Below are positions 38,913 to 46,275 of a stretch of 64,000 nt of DNA, piece by piece. How positions within the stretch are numbered: the stretch's first letter is position 1; each line of letters begins with the position of its first letter. Source of the stretch: Acidimicrobiaceae bacterium (lineage in GTDB: Bacteria > Actinomycetota > Acidimicrobiia > Acidimicrobiales > Aldehydirespiratoraceae). The notes beneath the pieces are model-generated. The model did not search any database, was not told where the DNA came from, and worked only from the letters and a program-made list of their open reading frames with translations. The DNA lies in NCBI GenBank assembly GCA_009837445.1, contig VXTM01000024.1:10515-74514 (forward strand), written 5' to 3'. Made by a program: the position numbers and the translations under genes.

Positions 38913-39437
38913 TTAGATCTTTCCGAGGTACTTCGCGACTTGTCCCGCCAGCCGCTTGCGAGCCCGGTGAACCCGGATCGCCACGGCGTTGGCGGAGATG
39001 TCGAGCACCCGTCCGACGTCGGCGTAGGACAGCTCCTCCCAGGTGACCAGCATCAGGATCTCCCGGTCGTCCTCGGAGAGTTCGCACAGGGCCGACCGCA
39101 TGACCTCGGCCTGCTCGTCGACCGCCTCCGAGTCGGAGGGCTTCGGCTGACGCAGGCCGCGAAGAGTCTGGTGGAAGGCCTGCTGGCGCCGCGCCGAACG
39201 GGCCGAGTTTCGGATCACGTTGCGGGCGATCCCGTAGAGCCACGGCCTCTCATGGCCCGAGGGCGCCGCATCGCGGCGCCGCCAGGCCACCAGGAGGGTC
39301 TCGGCCACCACATCATCCGCGGTTCCCGCATCCACCCGCCGGCGCGCGTAGGCGAGCAGGGGACGGTAGTTCCCATGGAACAGGGAGCGGAACCACTCCC
39401 GGTCGGTGCCGGGCGGGTGGTCCGGATCGTCGCTCAT
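38913..39437 (-). CDS. ECF-type RNA polymerase sigma-70 family factor
   Basis: Region 2 YRPLLAYARRRV..DDVVAETLLVAWRR. Region 4 LSYADVGRVLDISANAVAIRVHRARKRL. ATG 39437 (MSDDPDH...). Confidence 0.85.
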   Translation of the reverse strand: MSDDPDHPPGTDREWFRSLFHGNYRPLLAYARRRVDAGTADDVVAETLLVAWRRRDAAPSGHERPWLYGIARNVIRNSARSARRQQAFHQTLRGLRQPKPSDSEAVDEQAEVMRSALCELSEDDREILMLVTWEELSYADVGRVLDISANAVAIRVHRARKRLAGQVAKYLGKI

Positions 39438-39516
39438 CTCTGTTTTCTTGTCCGCGAACTGCCGTTTTCTTTCGCCGGGGATGTTCTCTCCTACTTGTAC
39501 GCCCTCGCAGGCAGGT

Positions 39517-39933
39517 TCAGTCGCAGCCGGCGCGAAGACTCTGCAGTACGATCCCGCCGGCTTCGCCCCCGGCAGTGAGTCCGTCGATCCGGGCACACAG
39601 CGCGTCAGACCCCGATACGAGTTCGGTGCAACCGACGGCGTCGGCGTCCCGGGTCTGTTCGATCATCGCGTTGGCGAGCCATCGGCTGGCGAGGGACACC
39701 GCGGGGCTCGGCTCGGCGAGGTCCGCAGCGGTGGCGGTGCCCAGCCGGTCGAGGTACTCCTGATGGAGGGTCGCCCAGCGGTTGGCAAGCCCGTCGCATC
39801 CGAGCGCGGCCTCGAACCGGTCATCGGTCGCTCCGCCCGTCATCGCGGGCTCAGGGCCACCAGTGCTGCACGCGCCCACGACGACCATCAGAGTCGCCGC
39901 CACGCAATGTCGGCCGCGCCGACGCATGTGCAT
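39517..39933 (-). CDS. hypothetical lipoprotein
   Basis: MHMRRRGRHCVAATLMVVVGACSTGG (lipobox VGAC). 138 aa with four further Cys. No family recognised. Confidence 0.5.
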   Translation of the reverse strand: MHMRRRGRHCVAATLMVVVGACSTGGPEPAMTGGATDDRFEAALGCDGLANRWATLHQEYLDRLGTATAADLAEPSPAVSLASRWLANAMIEQTRDADAVGCTELVSGSDALCARIDGLTAGGEAGGIVLQSLRAGCD

Positions 39934-39958
39934 CAGGATCGTGGGCCGCCTTGCCCGG

Positions 39959-41248
39959 CTACGAGACCCGACGACCGAGCTCTACCCGGCGCTCGGTGAG
40001 GTCGAAGTGGCGCAGGCCTCCCCCGCCGCACATCTCGGCCAGCCAGTGGGGTTCGACCGGCTCCGCTTCGGGGTCGATGCGCAGGTCCCACGACTGATCG
40101 CTTGTCCGGGTTGCCACGCAGCGGGGGTTGACGGTCTGGGCCATGTGGATGAACCCGTCGATCCAGTCGAGGGGGCTCCGGCAGGCATCGTCGCCGATAC
40201 CGGCGCACTCACCGAACGAGATCGACCCGCGGGCGACGTTGTGCACCTCCACCGAGTAGCCCACGTAGTCGTCGACCAGGAACGGGTCGACCTGAAGGAC
40301 CTTGCCGATCGCGGCCATGTCGTCGCCTTCGATGCCCAGCGCCTCCCGCAGGCGGGCCACCAGGACCGGGGCGATCGCAGCCCTGTGCTGGGGCGCGACC
40401 TCGTCCAGCAGTTCCGGACCGAAGTTCTCGTCGACCGAGAAGTAGGCGGCTCGCATCAGCAGGTGCACGTCGAGGGCGAACTCCTTGGCCTGCCTCACCA
40501 GCAGGGCGTGCGACAGGTCCTCTAGCCGGAAGTCGGGCCGCATGGGCCCGGTGTAGTCCTCCATCCCGCCGGCCTCGCGGGATTCTCCCAACTCGAACGT
40601 GAACGTGGCCGCGGCCGACTGGCTCACCACCTCCAGCGACGGCTCGCCGGGGCGGGGGCCGGACTCGTCCTCGACCACCCGGACCTCCCACCGGCAGTGG
40701 TCGCCGGTGAACTCGTCCGGCTTGGGGGGCCGGTGCACCGGGATCGCCCGCAGCTTCGGGTTGGTGACGGCGAGGGTGGCGTCGAAGGTTCGGTCCTCCA
40801 TGTGATGGCACATGTTGGTCACCAGATGCGGGTCGTTGCCGGTCAGCTCACGCAGGTAGTGGTGCGCACCGCAGAACGGCAGCCAGAAGTAGCCGAGATC
40901 GTGGTCGACCACCTCGAAATGGAAGTCGAGGAAGTGGTGCGGCGCGCCGACGTCGAACTGGAATCCCTTGAAGGCTTCGCCCACACCGTCGCCCACGATC
41001 CCCAGGTTCCGTTTGTTGCGCTCGGTGTAGACCGGGCTCGACCCCATCCACTCGCTGTCGGCCTGGCGGATGGTCGCCTCCTGCCCCGCCGAGATCGCGA
41101 TGTGGGGCATCAGCGCCCGATCGTGGTACATCGACACCACCATGTACTCCCGGCACAGGCGGGCCAGGGCAGCCCTCGACAGGCGGTCGAGCGTCCACTC
41201 CGGGTCGAAACCACCGGCGTAGCCTCCGCTGACCGCACTGTCTGACAT
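39959..41248 (-). CDS. hypothetical protein with internal duplication
   Basis: 429 aa with a good coding look. The two halves each carry a helical N-part and a C..C...(V/T)NP(K/R) segment (FWLPFCGAHH..NMCHHMEDRTFDATLAVTNPK and FGECAGIGDDACRSPLDWIDGFIHMAQTVNPR). Confidence 0.7.
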   Translation of the reverse strand: MSDSAVSGGYAGGFDPEWTLDRLSRAALARLCREYMVVSMYHDRALMPHIAISAGQEATIRQADSEWMGSSPVYTERNKRNLGIVGDGVGEAFKGFQFDVGAPHHFLDFHFEVVDHDLGYFWLPFCGAHHYLRELTGNDPHLVTNMCHHMEDRTFDATLAVTNPKLRAIPVHRPPKPDEFTGDHCRWEVRVVEDESGPRPGEPSLEVVSQSAAATFTFELGESREAGGMEDYTGPMRPDFRLEDLSHALLVRQAKEFALDVHLLMRAAYFSVDENFGPELLDEVAPQHRAAIAPVLVARLREALGIEGDDMAAIGKVLQVDPFLVDDYVGYSVEVHNVARGSISFGECAGIGDDACRSPLDWIDGFIHMAQTVNPRCVATRTSDQSWDLRIDPEAEPVEPHWLAEMCGGGGLRHFDLTERRVELGRRVS

Positions 41249-41346
41249 GGCGACTACCTTCTCTGTGTCGGGCCCGGTCAGAAACGTACCCGGAGGATCG
41301 TCGGCCGCGACTAGGCCCGATGACCTAGCCGGACACTGGAGAGCGA

Positions 41347-42135
41347 GTGGACAGGACCCGCAACCCGATCCGTGCGGTGGCCGTGCCGTCCGAGCACGGC
41401 GGGTGGGGTCTGACCATCGAGCCCGGACTGCTCGGGCTGCTGGTGGCGCCGAGCGTGGCCGGAGCCTGTCTGGCGGTGGCCGCTCTCGGGTTGTTCGTGC
41501 TGCGGACCCCGCTGGAGTTGGCTCTCGTCGACCGCCGCAGGCACCGCCGGCTCCCCCGCACCCGTCTGGCCGAGCGCGTCGCGGCTGTCGAGTCTGTGCT
41601 TCTTACGGCCCTCGTCGTTGTGGCGGCGTTGACCGCCCATGACAGCCGCTGGTGGATCCCGGCGGCCGTCGCGGCGCCGCTGGTCGCGGTGGAGCTCACC
41701 TACGACATCCGCTCACGACGGCGTCGCCTGGTGCCCGAGCTCACTGGCGCGGTCGCTATCGCCGCGGTGGCGGCGGTGGTGGTCATCGCCGCTGACGGCG
41801 ATCCCCGCCTTGCCGCCGGGCTCTGGCTGATCCTGGCGGCCCGGGTCACGACTTCCATTCCCCACGTGCGGGCCCAGATCGACCGCCTGCGCGGGAGAGA
41901 CTGGCAGCCGGGCCTCGTCCTTGTCAGCGACCTGGCGGCGGTAGTTGTCGCCGGGGTCGCCGTGTTTCTCGACGGGCGGATCATCGTCGGCGCGGTCGCC
42001 CTGGTCGCGGTCGTCGTTGTCCAGCAGGTCCGCCGGCGCAGGCCTGTCGCCTCCGTGAAGATCATCGGCGCCAGCCAGATGGTCCTCGGCTTCGCGGTGG
42101 TAGCGGCCTCCGCTAGTGGCGTCGTCCGGCTGTAG
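41347..42135 (+). CDS. YwiC-like integral membrane protein
   Basis: AVPSEHGGWGLTIEPGLLGLLVAP... followed by several hydrophobic spans. GTG 41347. Confidence 0.6.
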   Translation: MDRTRNPIRAVAVPSEHGGWGLTIEPGLLGLLVAPSVAGACLAVAALGLFVLRTPLELALVDRRRHRRLPRTRLAERVAAVESVLLTALVVVAALTAHDSRWWIPAAVAAPLVAVELTYDIRSRRRRLVPELTGAVAIAAVAAVVVIAADGDPRLAAGLWLILAARVTTSIPHVRAQIDRLRGRDWQPGLVLVSDLAAVVVAGVAVFLDGRIIVGAVALVAVVVVQQVRRRRPVASVKIIGASQMVLGFAVVAASASGVVRL

Positions 42136-42176
42136 CTGCCGGGCACCGAGCCTGTTCGCTGGTACGGTCCGGCCGG

Positions 42177-42704
42177 ATGGGCAGCGGGACAGGCGAATCC
42201 GACCCCGGTCAGCCGCCGGCACCTCCGAAGGGGTTCCGCGGATCTGGCCGCCTGCTGGTGTCGCGGCCCTTCCGGGTCATCGGCCCCCACGTCTTCCCTC
42301 CGCTCCACCGGGCGATCAACCGGCTCACCGGGGGCCGCACCCTGCTCGACACCCCGGCCCAGCCCATGCTCATGCTCACCACGAGGGGCGCCAGGACGGG
42401 CCGGCTGCGGGAGACGCCGCTGGGCGCCGTCCCGCTGGAAGAGGGTCGCTTCCTGCTGGTGGGCAGCAACTTCGCACGCGAGCACCATCCGGCCTGGACG
42501 GCCAACCTGATCGCCAACCCCGACGCCGAGATCATGTTCCGCGGCAGGCGGGCGCGGGTGAGGGCCCGTCTCCTCGAGGGCGCCGAGCGCGAGCAGCGGT
42601 GGCAGACCGCGGTGACCTGGTTCCCCGTCTGGACCCGGTACGTGACCGTCACAGATCGCGAGTTCCGCCTGTTCGAACTCGATCCCGTCGCCGATGCCGA
42701 CTAG
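42177..42704 (+). CDS. deazaflavin (F420)-dependent nitroreductase family protein (Ddn-like)
   Basis: LHRAINRLTGGR, MLMLTTRGARTGRLRETPL, LLVGSNFAREHHPAWTANL, REFRLFEL are the typical Ddn-family blocks. Confidence 0.8.
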   Translation: MGSGTGESDPGQPPAPPKGFRGSGRLLVSRPFRVIGPHVFPPLHRAINRLTGGRTLLDTPAQPMLMLTTRGARTGRLRETPLGAVPLEEGRFLLVGSNFAREHHPAWTANLIANPDAEIMFRGRRARVRARLLEGAEREQRWQTAVTWFPVWTRYVTVTDREFRLFELDPVADAD

Positions 42705-42716
42705 CGCAGCAGCGGC

Positions 42717-43319
42717 GTGATCGGCGAGCTGCTCCGGCGTATCGCCGAGTTCCACCGGAGCCGTCCGGCGGTCCCTGAGTTCCCGATGGTCGGGCCGGTG
42801 CTCGACGCGCTGGACAGTGCCCGCTGTCCCGCCGACGTCGAGTCGGTCCCCCTCCCGGTACTCCGGCACCTCGACGCGGTCGGGCCCAGCGGCGACGCCG
42901 CCATCGACGCGGTCCTCGATGAGTTCCTCCGTCTCGCGCCGGTGCTTCCGTGGCACCGGACCACCGGCTATCTCGACGTGTTGAGCTGGGACTACCTCGA
43001 CAACTACGGCTACGTGCGGCTGCTGGGTCCGGGCTCGATCGTCGAGCACCCCGACGTGAGGGTCGGGATCGGCCTGTGGGGCCCGCACCTCCACTACCCC
43101 GCCCACAAGCACGAGGCCGAGGAGCTGTACCACGTGCTGGCCGGCGAGCCCTCGTTCAGCGGCCGCGACGGCACCGGCCGCACCACCGGGCCGGGCGATG
43201 CCGTCCACCACGCGCCGTGGCAGGTGCACAGCCAGGACTTCGGCGCCACGCCGACCGTGCTGCTGTACTGCTGGACCGGCGCGGTCGAACCCGACGCGGT
43301 GCTGGTGGACGGCCCCTGA
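42717..43319 (+). CDS. DddL-like cupin (dimethylsulfoniopropionate lyase family look)
   Basis: GLWGPHLHYPAHKHEAEELYHVLAGEP...AVHHAPWQVHSQDFGATPTVLLYCWTG has the cupin metal motif HxHxxxxE..Y..L.G plus a distal His, as I remember for DddL. GTG 42717; the start is uncertain. Confidence 0.6.
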   Translation: MIGELLRRIAEFHRSRPAVPEFPMVGPVLDALDSARCPADVESVPLPVLRHLDAVGPSGDAAIDAVLDEFLRLAPVLPWHRTTGYLDVLSWDYLDNYGYVRLLGPGSIVEHPDVRVGIGLWGPHLHYPAHKHEAEELYHVLAGEPSFSGRDGTGRTTGPGDAVHHAPWQVHSQDFGATPTVLLYCWTGAVEPDAVLVDGP

Positions 43320-43359
43320 CCCGACCCCGGGCTCGAGACTCCGGGCCGGGGCCCGGCTG

Positions 43360-43890
43360 CTAGCCGTGGACGTAGTGGGAGGGGTCCTCGGCGGGGTCGG
43401 GCGTCTGGTTGATCGGGCAGTCGTTGGCGATGTCCAGGATGGCCAGTGTCCGCCCGATGCCCACGCAGTAGCCGATCAGCGTTATCAGCTCGAGGATCTG
43501 CTGGTCGGTGAAGTGCTCCTTCATGCGGGCCCAGTAGTCCTCATCGCTCATCATGGCCTCGTGATCCCAGCAGAACCGCTCGGCGGTCTCGGCGGCCAGC
43601 TTCTCGGCCTCGCTGAACGCGCCGCCCTCGGCGTAGGTGGCGACCTGCTGGTAGAGGCCCTCTTCGAGTCCTTGCTGCATCGCCGATGCAGACCGGGTGT
43701 CAATTCAAATGTGGCACTGGTTGATCTGGGCCACCCGCATGCGGGCGATCTCGCGGACCCGCACGTCGAGGGAGACCTTGGTGTACAGCGCCTGGGCGGC
43801 GGCTCCCATGGCCATTCCCACATCGGGCTGGAGGCTCCACATCCGGATGCGCTCGAGCCCCTCGCCGTCACCGAAGTCGATGCGCGCCAT
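43360..43890 (-). CDS. AhpD-like/carboxymuconolactone decarboxylase family protein with in-frame TGA at 43705..43707 (candidate selenocysteine, C-H-I-U motif)
   Basis: ORFs 43705..44058 and 43360..43680 are in the same frame and separated by one TGA. The joined product from ATG 43890 reads ...REIARMRVAQINQCHI[TGA]IDTRSASAMQQGLEEGLYQQVATYAEGGAFSEAEKLAAE... (176 aa). The TGA aligns with the second Cys of the family CxxC motif. Confidence 0.65.
43675..43691 (-). promoter_or_regulatory. SECIS-like stem-loop downstream of the in-frame UGA
   Basis: The mRNA reads UGA-AUUGACACCCGGU-CUGCAUC-GGC-GAUGCAG. This is a perfect 7-bp stem with a G-starting triloop, and the stem starts 13 nt after the UGA. 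Confidence 0.45.
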
Positions 43891-43901
43891 GGCGGTTGCG
43901 G

Positions 43902-44186
43902 CTAGCCCTTCTCGGTCGTCGGGTCGATGATCTTGCCGACCTCGGTGACGATGGTCGCCGGGAAGCCGCTGCGCTCGGCATGCTCGTCGATCAGCTCGGC
44001 GCGATCGCAGACGTAGACGCAGAAGGTCTTGTCTCCGGCCACGTAGCTGTGCTCCCACTGGATGGCCTTGCCCTCGGACTGCATCGCCTGCAGGACTTCA
44101 TTGGACTGCCCGGCCGCGGCCCGAAGCTGCTCGCGCTCGGCCGAGCCGATGTCAGGAATGTCCCGTTCGATGATGAAGCGCCGCAT
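43902..44186 (-). CDS. DUF4242 family protein
   Basis: MRRFIIERDIPDIGSAEREQLRAAAGQSNEVLQAM...IQWEHSYVAGDKTFCVYVCD is the characteristic DUF4242 sequence. Its stop is 11 nt before the CMD-family gene start. Confidence 0.75.
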   Translation of the reverse strand: MRRFIIERDIPDIGSAEREQLRAAAGQSNEVLQAMQSEGKAIQWEHSYVAGDKTFCVYVCDRAELIDEHAERSGFPATIVTEVGKIIDPTTEKG

Positions 44187-44219
44187 GATCTTCCCCTTCC
44201 GGAGTCCCTGCTTGTGACT

Positions 44220-44618
44220 CTAACGCTGCGAGTCGTACGGTGTCCCGGTCGCGAACACGTCGAGGATCCAGGTTGTCGCCGGGGAGTACACATCGATGAA
44301 CACGGCTGGCTCGTCGCCGAGGACCTGGCCGCCGTGGGGCACGCCTCCGGGCGCGTACCAGCCGTCGCCCGCGCCTATCTCGCGGGTCTCGTCCCCGACG
44401 GTCAGGAGCAGGCGACCCGACAGCAGCAGGCTGAACTGCTCATGGGGATGACTGTGCATCGGGTAGATCGCGCCCGGCTCGTAGACGGCCCGGATCAGGT
44501 GCATGTGCTCGCCGGTCAGGATCTGGGCGTCGACCTTGTCGTCGTCCCAGCGCACCCCGTCGAGTTCGTCCCACCTGAAGATGCGCTGGGACGTGATCTC
44601 GGCGCCGTGCTCGTTCAA
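44220..44618 (-). CDS. cupin domain protein
   Basis: GAIYPMHSHPHEQFSLLLSGRLLL....GWYAPGGVPHG (cupin motifs 1 and 2). TTG 44618 is preferred, because ATG 44762 would overlap the rhodanese gene by 50 nt. Start uncertain. Confidence 0.7.
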   Translation of the reverse strand: MNEHGAEITSQRIFRWDELDGVRWDDDKVDAQILTGEHMHLIRAVYEPGAIYPMHSHPHEQFSLLLSGRLLLTVGDETREIGAGDGWYAPGGVPHGGQVLGDEPAVFIDVYSPATTWILDVFATGTPYDSQR

Positions 44619-44712
44619 CCGCGGTTCGCTCGTGATGCCCCCGATGTTCCGTGTTCCGGCATGGACCGGATGGCTGCCTGCCGACTGTACAGCCCGTGGG
44701 CTTCGGGGTCCG

Positions 44713-45123
44713 TCAGGATGTGGCCAGTTCGAAGCCTTCGTCCAGCCACCCGATCTTGCCACCGATCATCTTCTTGACCGGCCGCCCGAGCCGCGCCAGG
44801 CGGGCCGCCGCCCGGTCGGCGCCGTTGCAGTGCGGTCCCGCGCAGTAAACCACGAACAGTGTGGCCGCCGGGTAGAGCGCCAGGGTCGACTCGTTGATGG
44901 TCGAGTGGTGCATGAAGGTCGCCCCCGGCACGTGCCCGGCGTCGAAGCCGGCTTGGTCGCCGTTGACGTGCAGGAGCACGAAGTCGGGCGCTCCGTCCTT
45001 CATCGCCTCATGAACGTCCCAGCAGTCGGTCTCCAGCGCCAGCAGGCGCTCGAAGTGCTCTGCAGCCTCCTCGGCGCCCGCGGCCGGGATCGCAGTGACG
45101 TGGCTCGCTGTCGTCGTACCCAT
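44713..45123 (-). CDS. single-domain rhodanese-like sulfurtransferase
   Basis: MGTTTASHV... from ATG 45123, with AAGGAGG nine nt upstream. GHVPGA and active-site loop VVYCAGPHCNG. Confidence 0.8.
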   Translation of the reverse strand: MGTTTASHVTAIPAAGAEEAAEHFERLLALETDCWDVHEAMKDGAPDFVLLHVNGDQAGFDAGHVPGATFMHHSTINESTLALYPAATLFVVYCAGPHCNGADRAAARLARLGRPVKKMIGGKIGWLDEGFELATS

Positions 45124-45222
45124 TGTCCTAAGCCTCCTTGAGCTGGTCTGAAGCTCGTAAGTATGCCCTTCGGGTGGACCGCACCGATGGAAGGAATGAC
45201 GCTCTTCGCTAACATCCTGCCG

Positions 45223-46275
45223 ATGCCTCCGGTGAAGGTGGTACGGGTCGGGATCGCAGGAACTGGGCGCATCGTTCCCGCTCACATCGAGGCGATCCGC
45301 GATGTCGGTGGCGAGGTCGTTGCTATCGCGGGTTCCGACTGGCGGCGGGCCAGCGAAGTCGCGGCGCGTCACCGGGTCACGCGGGGATGCTCGGTGGCCG
45401 AGATCGTGTCGGACCCCGAAATCGATGTCGTCCACGTCGCGGGCCGCAATGTCGACCATGTCCCGATCGCTCTAGCGGCCGCGGCGGCCGGCAAGCATGT
45501 CGTCGTTGAGAAGCCCCTCGCCTTCACGGCCCGTGAGTCGGCGCGCATCGAATCGGAGGTCGCCGCCGCTGGGCTCTGCGGGATGACGTGCTTCACCTAC
45601 CTGGGTCACGGGGCGGTAGCGGCGGCCCGCGAACTGGTCGCGGCGGGCGAGGTTGGGCCGGTGGTTCTGGTGCGGGGTCACTACCTGCAGGACTGGCTCG
45701 CGTTGGAGTCCGACGATGACTGGAGGTGCGATCCGGATCTGAACGGCCCGTCTCGGGCGTTGGCCGATATCGGGACTCACTGGTTTGCACTGCTCGAGCA
45801 CATCACCGGGCAAGAGGTGGTCGCGGTCCGGGCTGAGATGGAGAGGCCGGTCCGTCGTGCGGTGACCGCGGCCAGGCCTAGCGAGCCGGGCGGTGACGAT
45901 CTCGCCGTGGTGTCGTTACGCCTCGAAGGGGGCGCGATCGCGAGCTGCGTGGTGAGCCAGCTGTCACACGGCCACCGCAACGACATCCTCATCGAGGTGA
46001 CCGGGCGGTCCGGTTCTGTGTCGTGGTCCTCCGAGTGGCCCGGGGAGCTAGCGACGGCGGCTCGATCGGGTGCGGATCGCGTGCGGGACGTTCAAGTGGT
46101 CGGTGAGGATCGCCTGCCGCTGGCGGCACTGTTGGAGAACTTCTACGCGGCGGCAACTGGAGCGACCTCACCGGGTTGGTACCCGCCTCTCTCATTGGGC
46201 GTGCGTGCTGCGGCGTTCGTCGACGCGTCGCTGCAGTCCGCCGTCAGCGGGGAATGGGTGTCTCTCGCGCCCTAA
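45223..46275 (+). CDS. Gfo/Idh/MocA family oxidoreductase
   Basis: VRVGIAGTGRIVPAHIEAI, HVVVEKPLA. The start is ATG 45223; 45163 and 45196 are also possible. Confidence 0.8.
   Translation: MPPVKVVRVGIAGTGRIVPAHIEAIRDVGGEVVAIAGSDWRRASEVAARHRVTRGCSVAEIVSDPEIDVVHVAGRNVDHVPIALAAAAAGKHVVVEKPLAFTARESARIESEVAAAGLCGMTCFTYLGHGAVAAARELVAAGEVGPVVLVRGHYLQDWLALESDDDWRCDPDLNGPSRALADIGTHWFALLEHITGQEVVAVRAEMERPVRRAVTAARPSEPGGDDLAVVSLRLEGGAIASCVVSQLSHGHRNDILIEVTGRSGSVSWSSEWPGELATAARSGADRVRDVQVVGEDRLPLAALLENFYAAATGATSPGWYPPLSLGVRAAAFVDASLQSAVSGEWVSLAP

Noticed and set aside
41700-43229. 509-aa minus-strand ORF
   Set aside because: It is antisense to three plus-strand genes with clear family signatures (YwiC-like, Ddn-like, DddL-like). 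The composition is low-complexity Arg/Pro/Gly/Ala.
43360-44058. Simple nonsense pseudogene of a CMD-family gene
   Set aside because: This is not fully excluded, but I consider it less likely. The TGA falls exactly on the redox Cys column, a perfect hairpin with a G-initial loop follows at a SECIS-compatible distance, and the downstream 106 codons stay open and family-like. The decisive test is whether the Sec-decoding machinery is present in the genome.
44220-44762. Long 180-aa version of the cupin gene starting at ATG 44762
   Set aside because: It would overlap the 3' end of the rhodanese gene by 50 nt. The extra N-terminal residues (MARSGGWTKASNWPHPDGPRSPRAVQ...) look like off-frame translation. 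TTG 44618 is preferred, though the start remains uncertain.
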